A stretch of DNA of 64,000 nucleotides from Devosia sp. (GCF_965229025.1 NZ_OZ245853.1:3172277-3236276), one strand, 5' to 3'; counted from the first letter of the stretch, positions 1 to 9,621 are shown. Made by a program: numbers and translations. Notes: generated by a model from the sequence alone, not told the origin.

Positions 1-339
1 GACCACGGTCCGGGTCGACGGCCCGCCTGAGCCCATGATGATGCCGGTGCGCGGGTTCTTGATGTCTTTTTCTTCGAGCCCGGCCATGGCGATCGCCTGC
101 TGCATGGCGATGTAGTTCCAGGCCGCGCCCTTGCCCATGAAGCGGGTGGTGCGCCGGTCGAGTACTTCGAACGGATCGAGGTTGGGGGCGCCATGCACCT
201 GGCAGCGGAAGTTGAGGTCGGCATAGTCCTTGGCAAAGACAATGCCCGGCCGCGCTTCGCGCAGGCTCAGCAGCACCTCGTCGAGGTTGTTTCCGATCGA
301 GGAGACGATCCCCATGCCCGTAATGACAACGCGCCGCAT
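1..339 (-). CDS. fabB: beta-ketoacyl-ACP synthase I, 5' part (runs off the window start)
   Basis: Reverse strand reads MRRVVITGMGIVSSIGNN from the ATG at 339; directly downstream of fabA. Confidence 0.92.
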   Translation of the reverse strand, partial: MRRVVITGMGIVSSIGNNLDEVLLSLREARPGIVFAKDYADLNFRCQVHGAPNLDPFEVLDRRTTRFMGKGAAWNYIAMQQAIAMAGLEEKDIKNPRTGIIMGSGGPSTRTVV

Positions 340-384
340 TTTGCCTCCCACCGCCCCTGAACCATGGTCCACGGGGCGTTCGAA

Positions 385-885
385 TTAGTTGAACAGGCCG
401 ACCTTGAGGTTGCTGGCCTCGTAGATCACCTTGCCGTCCGCCTTCACCCAGCCGTCGGCGACACCGAGGGCGAGCTTGGAGCGCATGACCTTGCGCAGGT
501 CGATACCGTATTCCACAAGCTTGACGTCATCGGTCACCTGGCCGGTGAACTTGACTTCCCCGCCCAGCGCCCGGCCACGGCCTGGCGAGCCACTCCAGCA
601 GAGATAAAAGCCCAGCATCTGCCACAGCGCATCGAGACCAAGGCAACCCGGCATCACCGGATCACCGATGAAGTGGCACTTGAAGAACCACAGGTCCGGG
701 TTGACGTCGAGTTCGGCGCGCACCTGACCCTTGCCGTGCGATCCGCCATCGGCATCGACATGCGTGATGCGGTCAAACATCAGCATCGGCGGAGCAGGCA
801 ACTGGGCATAGCCGGGCCCGAACAGCTCACCTTTGCCGCTGAGGATCAGGTCGTCGTAGCCATACGCGCTTTTGCGGTCCGCCAT
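385..885 (-). CDS. fabA: 3-hydroxyacyl-ACP dehydratase/isomerase
   Basis: [36 protein letters not shown] motifs; start taken at MADRKS. Confidence 0.95.
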   Translation of the reverse strand: MADRKSAYGYDDLILSGKGELFGPGYAQLPAPPMLMFDRITHVDADGGSHGKGQVRAELDVNPDLWFFKCHFIGDPVMPGCLGLDALWQMLGFYLCWSGSPGRGRALGGEVKFTGQVTDDVKLVEYGIDLRKVMRSKLALGVADGWVKADGKVIYEASNLKVGLFN

Positions 886-1056
886 GGGGCAGGCTTTCTC
901 CAATCAGATGGTCCAGCCGTTACTAGTGATGGGGAGGAGGAGGGTCAAGCTTACTCGGCTTGACCCCACAGACGGCTGCTGGCCGCGGCGCTTGTATCAA
1001 GGCGCTGCGAAAGTTATATGTGCACCTACAGAAGCCCAAGGTTTCAACAGGATACG

Positions 1057-1500
1057 ATGACAGACCGCAGCCTGATCTCCCGGCCAGTTCCTTCGCGCCG
1101 CCCGTGCCTTACGGCCGTGCTGCGTATGGCGGGGCTGCGGCCCACCCGGCAGCGCGTGGCGCTCGCCGAGTTGCTGTTTGCCGGTCCGCACCGCCATGTG
1201 AGTGCTGAACAGCTGCATGACGAGGCGAGTTCGGCCCGGGTCAATGTGTCGCTCGCCACCATCTACAACAGCCTGCACCAGTTCCGCGAAGCGGGGCTCT
1301 TGCGCGAAGTGGCCGTCGACGCGTCGCGCTCCTATTTCGATACCGACACCTCGGACCACCACCATTTCTATCTCGAGGACGAGCAGCGGGTCGTCGATAT
1401 TCCGGCGTCGGCCATCGTCATCAAAAACCTCCCCGAGCCCCCCGAAGGCATGGGCATCACTCACGTTGATGTCGTGGTGCGGGTCAGAAAGCTGCGCTGA
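1057..1500 (+). CDS. irr: iron response regulator (Fur family, Irr)
   Basis: GLRPTRQR, SLATIYNSLHQF, DTDTSDHHHFY (HHH heme motif); divergent from fabA as is usual in rhizobia. Confidence 0.9.
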   Translation: MTDRSLISRPVPSRRPCLTAVLRMAGLRPTRQRVALAELLFAGPHRHVSAEQLHDEASSARVNVSLATIYNSLHQFREAGLLREVAVDASRSYFDTDTSDHHHFYLEDEQRVVDIPASAIVIKNLPEPPEGMGITHVDVVVRVRKLR

Positions 1501-1508
1501 AGCGCGGC

Positions 1509-2030
1509 TCAGACGTTCAACGCCTTCTTGGCAGCATCGATAAATCCCTGTTTCAGTTCGTTGTAGCGCGGCCGGTTTTCCGGCGCGCCCGCCATAGCGT
1601 TCTGCTTTGCTGCGAGATATGCCGCGCGCAGCTCCGGCTGCGTCCTGAGCGCATCGCGGAACGCCAGGTTCGAAACCCAGGACGGCCCGCAGAACTCGAC
1701 CACGTGCACGAGGTGCGTCCGCTCGCTGCGGTCCTTGCCGTGCCCGAAGATGTGGTGGCCCGGAACTCCTGCGTGAGCCGCGTAGTCGTAGCCAAGCGCC
1801 AGCAGCGGATCGTGACACTCCTGCCACCGTTGAAGCGGCGCAACGCCAATCAAGATATCGAGGATGGGCTTGGCCGTCAGGCCGGGTACCGCTGTTGAGC
1901 CGTAGTGCTCTATCGCTTCAAACACGCCATCCAGGGCCAACTCCAGCCGGAGACGTTCTTCTTCGAAGAGTAGCGGCCAGGTGGGGTCGTAGGGCACGAG
2001 GCGATTCTGGCCATGGGTGAGACCCAGCAT
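1509..2030 (-). CDS. GrpB/UPF0157 family nucleotidyltransferase-fold protein
   Basis: PYDPTWP, IEHYGSTAVPGLTAKPILDI, FRDALR, Y..K..FI motifs. Confidence 0.85.
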   Translation of the reverse strand: MLGLTHGQNRLVPYDPTWPLLFEEERLRLELALDGVFEAIEHYGSTAVPGLTAKPILDILIGVAPLQRWQECHDPLLALGYDYAAHAGVPGHHIFGHGKDRSERTHLVHVVEFCGPSWVSNLAFRDALRTQPELRAAYLAAKQNAMAGAPENRPRYNELKQGFIDAAKKALNV

Positions 2031-2067
2031 TCCGTCCCCTTCGATGGCCGGGCACAAGGCCCGCGGC

Positions 2068-2652
2068 TCAGTCGAACACTTCGTCCTTGTAGACGCCCCA
2101 CAGGTCGCCCTGTTTCAAATAGCCGTCAAAGCTCTGGGCGCTGCCGCCTGCGGGGTGCGAGGTGGCGATCACTTCGCACCAGGTGCCGTCGCATTCCTTC
2201 AGATCGACGCGGAAGTTAGGCTCAAGCCAGGCCCGCACTCCGCTATCTGCATCCTTGGATTTGAGCAGCGGCACGTCCTTGCCGTCGCCGCTTGCTGACA
2301 CCACGAGACCGGCGCGCTTCCCCTGCAAGAGGTTCTGGTGCAGCCAGCCTTCTGAGCCATCCACATCACGGATCTTCCGCCAGGTATCGAATTCCTGGAT
2401 AATCTCCACCGGGGTGCCGGACTTGAGATAGACCCAGGCCACGCCATACTTGGTACCTGGCCCGACCCGTACATTGATCGGGTTGGAGCGGGTGGTGACA
2501 AAGCGCGGGAGCGGCAGGCCGCTGGGATTGTCGGCGGCAATCGCCAGCGTTGCAACAAACATGCCGAGGCCTGCCAGAAGCGCTATGCTGGCGGCGCGGA
2601 CGGGAGCAAATGAGCGGATGAAATGAAGCACGGGAGCGACTTGGCCAAACAT
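2068..2652 (-). CDS. SH3-domain (bacterial SH3_4) secreted protein; start uncertain
   Basis: Signal-like N-terminus, SGLPLPRFV, NVRVGPG, WRKIRDVDGSEGW motifs. Confidence 0.85.
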   Translation of the reverse strand: MFGQVAPVLHFIRSFAPVRAASIALLAGLGMFVATLAIAADNPSGLPLPRFVTTRSNPINVRVGPGTKYGVAWVYLKSGTPVEIIQEFDTWRKIRDVDGSEGWLHQNLLQGKRAGLVVSASGDGKDVPLLKSKDADSGVRAWLEPNFRVDLKECDGTWCEVIATSHPAGGSAQSFDGYLKQGDLWGVYKDEVFD

Positions 2653-2723
2653 GACTTTGCAGGGAAGTGCTTTTTTCCTATCACTAGGCAAAAGACCTTA
2701 ATGGTCGCTAAAAGGCGCGCCGC

Positions 2724-3737
2724 TTGACCCTCAGCCGACCCAGGATATTCGTGACCCGCCGCTTGCCCGAGCAGATCGAGGAGCGGATGGCGACGCTGTT
2801 CGAGACGCGCGGCAATATGACCGATTCGCCCCTCTCTACAGAAGCACTGCTTGATGGGGTGTCCGGGGCCGAGGTGCTGGTCTCCTCGATCAATGACCGG
2901 ATCGATGCCGATTTCATCGCCAGCATGCCCAAATCCGTCCGGCTGATCGCCCAGTTCGGCAACGGCTTTGACAATATCGACGTCGAGGCCGCCTACGCCG
3001 CCGGGCTGACAGTCACCAATACGCCGAGCGTCCTGACCGAAGATACCGCCGATATGGCGGTGATGCTGATGCTGGCACTGCCGCGCCGGCTGGTCGAAGG
3101 CGCAGGCGTGTTGCCACGGGATGGCGCGTGGGCCGGCTGGTCGCCGACCTGGATGCTGGGACGGCGCCTCCGCGGCAAAGCGCTCGGCATTGTCGGCATG
3201 GGCCGGATCGGCACCGCCGTCGCCGCCCGCGCCCGCAGCTTCGGGCTCAATATCCACTATTTTTCCCGCAACCGCCGGCCGCCCCAGGTCGAGGAGGCAC
3301 TTGCAGCGACCTTCTGGGACGATCTCGACGCGATGATTGCGACGGTCGATATCGTCTCGCTCCACACCCCGCTGACCCGCTCGACCCACCATATCCTAAA
3401 CGCCCAGCGCCTCGCGGCGATGCGGCAAGATGCGTTCGTGGTCAACGTCTCGCGTCCCGAACTGCTGGATGAAGAGGCGCTGATCGGTGAAATCGAGCGC
3501 GGACACCTCTCAGGCGCGGCGCTCGACGTGTTCGAGAACCGCAACGGGCTCAACCCGCGGCTCCTCAAGCTCGCCCGCGAGCATCGCGTGGTGCTCACCG
3601 CCCACATGGCCTCGGCAACGCTCGAGGCGCGGCTCGAGATGGGCGAGACGGTGATCGTCAATATCCGGGCCTTCATTGACGGCGCGCAGCCACCTCACCG
3701 CGTCCTGCCCGAGAGCAAGGGCAAGCTCAGGAGCTGA
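2724..3737 (+). CDS. D-2-hydroxyacid dehydrogenase (glyoxylate/hydroxypyruvate reductase family)
   Basis: TNTPSVLTEDTAD, LGIVGMGRIG (NAD-binding), ALDVFE, H(M)ASAT motifs; TTG start. Confidence 0.9.
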   Translation: MTLSRPRIFVTRRLPEQIEERMATLFETRGNMTDSPLSTEALLDGVSGAEVLVSSINDRIDADFIASMPKSVRLIAQFGNGFDNIDVEAAYAAGLTVTNTPSVLTEDTADMAVMLMLALPRRLVEGAGVLPRDGAWAGWSPTWMLGRRLRGKALGIVGMGRIGTAVAARARSFGLNIHYFSRNRRPPQVEEALAATFWDDLDAMIATVDIVSLHTPLTRSTHHILNAQRLAAMRQDAFVVNVSRPELLDEEALIGEIERGHLSGAALDVFENRNGLNPRLLKLAREHRVVLTAHMASATLEARLEMGETVIVNIRAFIDGAQPPHRVLPESKGKLRS

Positions 3738-4953
3738 GCTCCTCTATCCGGCTGGCAAGGAATTGCCGCTCGATCGCCTGTTCGGTACGCTGCAGCGCCG
3801 CCTCGTAGGCAAGGCGCGCTTCGCTTTTCCGACCCAGCCGCCGCAACAGGTCGGCCCGCGCGGCGTGGAGATAGCGGAAACTCGCGAGTTCCCCCGCCGC
3901 CAGACTATCGATCAGCGCCAGTCCCGCCTCGGGGCCATCCCGCATCGCAACAGCCACAGCGCGGTTGAGGGCGACGATCGGCGAGGAGTCGGCCCGGAGC
4001 AGCACGTCGTAGAGCGCGACAATGCGCGACCAGTCGGTCTCTTCCGCCCGAGGTGCCAGCGCGTGCTCGGCCGCAATCGCGGCTTCAATCGTGTAGGCAG
4101 CAAGCGGCGGTTGGGCGAAGGCCCGCCGCAGCAATGCCGCTGCTTCGGTTATCGCGTCTTTGTCCCACAGCGTCCGGTCCTGATCCGCGATCAGTACCAG
4201 CGTCCCATCCGCGCCAACCCGCGCTGCCCGGCGAGAATCCTGCAGCAGCAGCAGTGCCAGCAGCCCGGCCACATCGGCTTCCGGCTGCAATTGCAGCAGC
4301 AGCCGGGCCAGCCGGATGGCTTCGGCCGACAGGTCCGCGCGCAACATCGCGTCCCCGCGCGATGCCGCATAGCCCTCGTTGAAGATCAGGTAGATGACAT
4401 GCAGCACCTGGTCGAGCCGCGCTGCCAGCGCGTCGCCCTCAGGCACCTCATAGGGCAACCCCATTTCCCGGATGCGGGTCTTGGCGCGCACGATGCGCTG
4501 CGCGATGGCAGAAGGCTTAGCGAGAAACGCCGCGGCGATCTCCTCGGTGGTCAGCCCGCAGGCCTCCCGCAGGGTCAGCGCGATCTGCGCGTCGGGGGCA
4601 ATCGCCGGGTGGCAGCACACAAAGATCAGCCGCAACTGGTCGTCGGCAATCGGCTCGGCTTCGGGTGGCATCTGGGCCTCCTCGGCCAGCGACAGCTCGG
4701 CAGCAATCGTTTGAAACCGCGCCTTGCGGCGGATCCGGTCGATGGACTTGAAGCGCCCGGCCGACACCAGCCAGGCGCGCGGGTTGGCGGGCACGCCCTG
4801 GGTTGGCCATTGCTCGGCCGCCGCCAGAAACGCGTCATGCAGCGCTTCCTCGGCGCGGTCGAAATCGCGCAACAGACGGATCAGCGTCGCCAGCACCCGC
4901 CGCGACTCGGTGCGCCAGATGGCCTCGATCTCACGCGGGGTTACTGGCGTCAT
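3727..4953 (-). CDS. ECF sigma factor with C-terminal TPR-like extension (ECF42 type)
   Basis: 408 aa; RRVLATLIRLLRDFDRAEEA, DDQLRLIFVCCHP, YLIFNEGY, DQDRTLWD; preceded by a DGPF/YciI gene. Confidence 0.88.
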   Translation of the reverse strand: MTPVTPREIEAIWRTESRRVLATLIRLLRDFDRAEEALHDAFLAAAEQWPTQGVPANPRAWLVSAGRFKSIDRIRRKARFQTIAAELSLAEEAQMPPEAEPIADDQLRLIFVCCHPAIAPDAQIALTLREACGLTTEEIAAAFLAKPSAIAQRIVRAKTRIREMGLPYEVPEGDALAARLDQVLHVIYLIFNEGYAASRGDAMLRADLSAEAIRLARLLLQLQPEADVAGLLALLLLQDSRRAARVGADGTLVLIADQDRTLWDKDAITEAAALLRRAFAQPPLAAYTIEAAIAAEHALAPRAEETDWSRIVALYDVLLRADSSPIVALNRAVAVAMRDGPEAGLALIDSLAAGELASFRYLHAARADLLRRLGRKSEARLAYEAALQRTEQAIERQFLASRIEELSS

Positions 4954-4958
4954 GGGCC

Positions 4959-5327
4959 TCAGCTCACTTCAGGTAGAACCGGGATTTCGTAGATCGGCCG
5001 CACCTCAATAGTCCCATACTTCGCGATCGGGATCCCCGCCGCCAGCCGCACCGCTTCATTGAGATCGCGCGCCTCAATGAGGATGAACCCGCCCAACTGC
5101 TCCTTAGTTTCTGTGAACGGCCCATCGGTGGTCGAAACGCCACTCTCGCGCACCCGCACCAGCACCGCCGTATCGGCCGCCTGCAGCGCCGCCGCTGCCA
5201 CGAGATGCCCCGCCTCGGCCAGCGTCCGATCATAGCCGAGCGAGGCGCGATCGAGCTCCTGGCTCGCCTTGGCGTCGAAGTTCGCAAACGCCTCGGGCGC
5301 CAGATGCACCAGGCAGAGATACTTCAT
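4959..5327 (-). CDS. YciI/DGPF-domain protein
   Basis: TDGPFTETKEQLGGFILIEARDLNEA ... IEVRPI; RBS GAGGAG upstream. Confidence 0.9.
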   Translation of the reverse strand: MKYLCLVHLAPEAFANFDAKASQELDRASLGYDRTLAEAGHLVAAAALQAADTAVLVRVRESGVSTTDGPFTETKEQLGGFILIEARDLNEAVRLAAGIPIAKYGTIEVRPIYEIPVLPEVS

Positions 5328-5358
5328 GGTCCGTCTCCTCAAATGGGTCTGCCATCTG

Positions 5359-5385
5359 GTCGATGGGCACGGCGCGGTTTCGACA
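5359..5385 (-). promoter_or_regulatory. candidate ECF42-dependent promoter (TGTCGA-N16-TCGAC)
   Basis: Minus strand TGTCGA AACCGCGCCGTGCCCA TCGAC about 30 nt upstream of the DGPF start; matches the ECF42 -35 TGTCGA / -10 CG(A/T)C consensus as I recall it. Confidence 0.65.
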
Positions 5386-5454
5386 CGCGGCATGCAGCAA
5401 ACTTTATCAACTGTGTCAGCCCGCCATTCACCAGCCGCTTTCACCCCTCGCTAA

Positions 5455-7278
5455 GTGCACAAAGCGATGGCACGGGGCAAGCGCGCGCAGATGAGGCAAT
5501 ATCGGCTATTCGACGTTCCAGAGGAGGGGGCGAGCACCGTGAAGCTTTCTGGCCTTGCCCCGCCGACTGAGCCGCTGATAGCGCCAATGCCGGTGCGCTC
5601 GCGCATGCTGTCGATCGCGACGGTGCTGCTGGTCGCTGCCGTGATCGCCGCCGCGATCTTCGGCTTCGTCAATGTCAGCAGCCAGCAACAGGCGCTGACG
5701 GCGTTGCGCGAACAGGGCCAGGAACTCAGCACGGTCAACCAGGCGCTGGTCGAAGCCGATGCCAACGTCCTTCACTACCTCGCGGGCGAGCCCGGCGCAC
5801 TGCCCGGTTTTTACGCCAATCTCGAATTGCTGCGCAAAGGCCGCGCCGGCTTGATCGGCACGCTCGAAGCGCCTGCAAGCGCCGCCGGCAGCGGTGTGCA
5901 ATCGGTCGGCGCCATCATCGATGGGCTCGATGGCGTCTGGTCCGAAGCGATCCGCCTGACCACGGCCGGCAACAGCGAAGCGGGCCGCGTCCTGCTCTCG
6001 ACCCAGAAGACCGGTGAAGCGGTCTCGGTGGTCGGCGACGCGGTGCAGCGGGTGCTCAACAATGCCGACATCGCGTTCCGCGGCCATGACGAGCGCATCT
6101 GGGTCGGCACGCTGTTTGTCCTGATGCTGCAGGTGATTGGCGGCGGGCTCGCGATCCTCGGGCTCGTCTATGCCTTCCGCTCCAGCGTCTCCGAGGCCGA
6201 TGGCCGCGCTGCAGCTGTCGCCTCCGCCGACGCCTCGCGCGAGCAGGTGGCGCGACTGTTCGAAATGGCGGACGTATTGCAAAGCGCCACCGACCATGCC
6301 GATGCCAATGCGGTACTGAAAGCCACCGCCGCCGAACTCGTCCCCGGCTTTTCCGGCGCGCTCTACGTGTTCAACAATTCGCGCGACCGGCTTGTGCTCT
6401 CGACAGACTGGGAGCGACCGGCCGGTGAGCGCCTGCCCGAAACCATCAGCCCGGCCGATTGCTGGGCGCTGAAGCGCGGCAAGCCGCATCTCAACCAGTC
6501 CGACAGCGGGCGGCTCTGCTGCGCCCACCACGCGCCGGGCGAGACGCTGCTCGAAATCCCGATGATCGCGCGCGGCGAAATCGTCGGGCTGCTGCAATTG
6601 TTTGCCTCGGGCGCCGATGCGGAAGCGCGGCTCGAGGCGGTGACCAATCTCGGCTCTGCGCTCGCCGACGGCATGAGCCTGGCGCTCGCCAACATGGCGC
6701 TGAGGGAAAAGCTCCGCAATCAGGCGCTGCGCGATCCGCTCACCGGCCTCTACAACCGCCGCTACATGGAAGACAGCCTGCAGCGCTTCGTGCGCCTTGC
6801 GGAGCGCGAGAACCGCGAAGTCTCGCTGGTGATGGTCGATCTCGACCACTTCAAGCGCCTCAACGACGAGCACGGCCACGCCTTTGGCGACCAGGTGCTG
6901 CGCGAAAGCGCCCTGGCGCTGGTTTCGGCCCTGCGCGAAACCGATATCGTCTGCCGTTACGGCGGCGAAGAGCTTGTGGTGATCCTCCCCGATTGCCCGA
7001 TCGAACGCGCCGCCGAAAAGGCCGAGGCGCTGCGGCTTCGCATCGAAAGCCTCAGCAGCGCGCATGGTGCCGAGATCACCGCCTCGTTCGGTGTCGCCTC
7101 GATCCCGCACACCTCGAACAACATCACCGACCTCCTCGCCTCCGCAGACGCGGCGCTCTACAAGGCCAAGGAATCCGGCCGCAACTGCGTCGTCACCGCG
7201 CCGCTGAAGCCGTTCCGGCTGGATCGGCCCGCCGAGGACTCAGGGGCAGAAAGCTACCCCCGGGTCGCGGCCGAGTAG
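5455..7278 (+). CDS. membrane-anchored diguanylate cyclase (periplasmic sensor + GAF + GGDEF); start uncertain
   Basis: Two hydrophobic segments, GAF-like region, DPLTGLYNRRY, DLDHFKRLND, RETD I-site and GGEEL. Confidence 0.9.
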   Translation: MHKAMARGKRAQMRQYRLFDVPEEGASTVKLSGLAPPTEPLIAPMPVRSRMLSIATVLLVAAVIAAAIFGFVNVSSQQQALTALREQGQELSTVNQALVEADANVLHYLAGEPGALPGFYANLELLRKGRAGLIGTLEAPASAAGSGVQSVGAIIDGLDGVWSEAIRLTTAGNSEAGRVLLSTQKTGEAVSVVGDAVQRVLNNADIAFRGHDERIWVGTLFVLMLQVIGGGLAILGLVYAFRSSVSEADGRAAAVASADASREQVARLFEMADVLQSATDHADANAVLKATAAELVPGFSGALYVFNNSRDRLVLSTDWERPAGERLPETISPADCWALKRGKPHLNQSDSGRLCCAHHAPGETLLEIPMIARGEIVGLLQLFASGADAEARLEAVTNLGSALADGMSLALANMALREKLRNQALRDPLTGLYNRRYMEDSLQRFVRLAERENREVSLVMVDLDHFKRLNDEHGHAFGDQVLRESALALVSALRETDIVCRYGGEELVVILPDCPIERAAEKAEALRLRIESLSSAHGAEITASFGVASIPHTSNNITDLLASADAALYKAKESGRNCVVTAPLKPFRLDRPAEDSGAESYPRVAAE

Positions 7279-7920
7279 GCCCTCTCCGTCGCCTCCAAGC
7301 TGCCCCATGGCGCGGGCAAGCAGTTCCGCGGCTAGTCGGTGCGTGCGGGCGGCATCGCCCCAACTGATGGGCAGACGCCCACCGATCAGCAGATCTGCCG
7401 CGCCATGGACCAGCGACCAAGCAGTACTGACCACCAGCAGTCCGTCTTCGCTCAGCATCGGGTCCCTGCCGAGCACCGCGCCCACATCGGCCACCAGCTG
7501 GTTGAAGGCATCCCGCCCCGCCGCAGAGAGCTCAGGGTCAGTATGTTTTGGCCGGGCCGATGAAAAGATCAGCCGGAACATTTCGGGATTATCGCGCGCA
7601 AAATCGATGTAGCCGAGCCCTGCCGCAACCAGTTGGGCACGCGGATCGGCCTCTGCCTCATCCTTGCGGCGCTGCTGGGTGGCGAGGAAGCGGCGATAGC
7701 CGACGGCGGCAAGGGCCGTCAGCAGCGCATCCGAGTCTGCAAAATGATGCGCCGGGGCTCCATGCGAAACCCCCGCACGTTTCGCGCAGCCACGCAGGGT
7801 AAAGCCCTCAATGCCCTTGTCACGCAGTTCCGCTTCGCCGGCTGTGAGCAAAGCATCGCGCAGGTCACCATGGTGATAGCTGCGGCGCGACGGCGTTGGG
7901 ATTTCTGGCATCTGAACCAT
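7240..7920 (-). CDS. TetR/AcrR family regulator; start uncertain (7920 or 7911)
   Basis: YHHGDLRDALL, FTLRGCAKRAGVSHGAPAHHF, AWSLVHG motifs. Confidence 0.9.
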   Translation of the reverse strand: MVQMPEIPTPSRRSYHHGDLRDALLTAGEAELRDKGIEGFTLRGCAKRAGVSHGAPAHHFADSDALLTALAAVGYRRFLATQQRRKDEAEADPRAQLVAAGLGYIDFARDNPEMFRLIFSSARPKHTDPELSAAGRDAFNQLVADVGAVLGRDPMLSEDGLLVVSTAWSLVHGAADLLIGGRLPISWGDAARTHRLAAELLARAMGQLGGDGEGLLGRDPGVAFCP

Positions 7921-7976
7921 AACTTCCGGCCGGGAAACAAGCCGACCAATCCCCAAAACCCTAGGCTCTCGCCGCC

Positions 7977-8027
7977 ATCTTGACAACGTCTATTTTAGTC
8001 GGCTATTAATCTGGACACTGTCAGGAT
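7977..8027. promoter_or_regulatory. two related palindromes, candidate TetR operators
   Basis: ATCTGGACACTGTCAGGAT (8009-8027, imperfect palindrome) and ATCTTGACAACGTCTATTT (7977-7995) between the divergent tetR and DUF4281 genes. Confidence 0.6.
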
Positions 8028-8037
8028 GGGATGTTCA

Positions 8038-8496
8038 ATGAGTAGCGATCGTCTGTTCGAGCTTGCCAACATGGCGGCGCTGGCCGGCTGGCTCGGCTTG
8101 CTGATGAGCCCGCTGCTGCCGCGACTCAGCCAAATCATCGCCGGTCTGGTTGTGCCAGCGCTGCTCGGAACGCTCTATGCCGGCCTAGCCCTCGCCTTTT
8201 GGAGCAGCACCAAAGGCGGCTTTGGCAGCCTTGATCAGGTCGCTGCGCTGTTCGAGACGCGAGAGCTGCTGCTCGCCGGCTGGGTGCACTATCTCGCCTT
8301 CGACCTGTTGGTCGGCGCCTGGGAAGTGCGGCGCGCCCGGGCAGAGGGCATTGCCTTCGTCCTCGTCATTCCGTGCCTCGTCCTGACATTCCTCTTTGGC
8401 CCTGCCGGGCTCGTCCTCTTCCTCTGCCTGCGGCTCGCCTCGCGTCTCTCGCGCGGCCAGACCCCTACCGCGCACCTGGAGCCTTCCCATGTCTGA
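8038..8496 (+). CDS. ABA4-like/DUF4281 membrane protein
   Basis: LAGWVHYLAFDLLVG and PCLVLTFLFGPAG motifs. Confidence 0.85.
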   Translation: MSSDRLFELANMAALAGWLGLLMSPLLPRLSQIIAGLVVPALLGTLYAGLALAFWSSTKGGFGSLDQVAALFETRELLLAGWVHYLAFDLLVGAWEVRRARAEGIAFVLVIPCLVLTFLFGPAGLVLFLCLRLASRLSRGQTPTAHLEPSHV

Positions 8497-9325
8497 GACC
8501 TTTGCCACGGCCATGCCGATCCATAGGGCCACGCTGCCCCGCCTGCTACGCAGCGAACCCGCCCTTGCTGCGACCGGGCTGTTCCTCTTGTTCCTGATGC
8601 TGCCGACAGGCATTGCGGCGCTGCTCGACAGCCGGACGATGGAGGGTGTCGATATCTGGGACAAGCCGCTGAAGTTCCAGTTCGCGCTCAGCGTCTACAC
8701 GTTGACGCTGTCGCTCTTTGCGCACTGGCTTCCCGTCGGCTTTACCAACTCGCGTGGCTACCGCCTCTACCGCGCCAGCGTCATTGCCGCGATCCTGGGC
8801 GAAATGGCGTGGCTGATGGGCGCAGCGGCGCTCGGGGTCGCCTCGCATTTCAACACCACCGAGCTCGGCACGCTGATCTACCGCACCATGGGCGGCCTCG
8901 CGGTCTGGCTCACCTCAATCACCATGGTCTACGCAGTGGTCATCGCCCGGCGTGGTGCGGATTTCGGCAATCCGGCGCTGAAGCACGGCATCGTCCTTGG
9001 CCTCGGCCTGGTGCTGCCGCTGACGCTGATCACGGCCGGGTTCATGAGCGGCTGGGGCAGCCACCACATGAGCGGCAGTGCGTCCGACGCGGGCGGGCTC
9101 TGGCTGATGGGCTGGTCGCGCGATGGCGGCGACCTGCGCGTTGCGCACTTTTTTGCCACGCACGCGCTGCATGTCGTCCCCGCGCTGGCGCTGGTCTCAA
9201 GCACTGTGTTTGGCCGGACCGCACTCTGGCCCGTCCGCGCCGGAGCGATGCTGTTTGTCGCGTTCGTCGCCTATTGCTTCGTCGAAGCGCTCCTGGGCCA
9301 ACCCTTCCTCGGCTTCATCGGCTAG
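8489..9325 (+). CDS. multi-pass membrane protein, partner of DUF4281
   Basis: Overlaps the upstream stop; WDKPLKF, GDLRVAHFFATHALH motifs; about 6-7 hydrophobic segments. Confidence 0.75.
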   Translation: MSETFATAMPIHRATLPRLLRSEPALAATGLFLLFLMLPTGIAALLDSRTMEGVDIWDKPLKFQFALSVYTLTLSLFAHWLPVGFTNSRGYRLYRASVIAAILGEMAWLMGAAALGVASHFNTTELGTLIYRTMGGLAVWLTSITMVYAVVIARRGADFGNPALKHGIVLGLGLVLPLTLITAGFMSGWGSHHMSGSASDAGGLWLMGWSRDGGDLRVAHFFATHALHVVPALALVSSTVFGRTALWPVRAGAMLFVAFVAYCFVEALLGQPFLGFIG

Positions 9326-9621
9326 CGGTCGTCTTGAGCCTCGGGTTCGGCCCCGAGGACAAAGGCGGTGACCTTGTCGATGGGCATCTCACAGGGGCGC
9401 AGCGCCAACTCGCCCGAAGGCGGCGCATAGATATTGAGGCTGATCCGGTCCGGGCCGCCAAGCTCTTCGGCAAAAAGCTTGAAGCTCCGTCCATTCGCAT
9501 GTGCCACATTACTCACCCCATACCGCCGCCCAAGATAGCGCGCCACAAACCACCCCTGCGGCCAGGCCACAAGCCTCGCCCAAACGGCGGCAGGTGAGGT
9601 TTCGAGTAGCTCTTCTTCCAT
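9322..9621 (-). CDS. small conserved hypothetical protein (ELGG...ISLN.Y...L.PCEM motif)
   Basis: GRRYGVS, KLFAEELGGPDRISLNIY, LRPCEMP; resembles a short uncharacterised family I recall. Confidence 0.6.
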   Translation of the reverse strand: MEEELLETSPAAVWARLVAWPQGWFVARYLGRRYGVSNVAHANGRSFKLFAEELGGPDRISLNIYAPPSGELALRPCEMPIDKVTAFVLGAEPEAQDDR

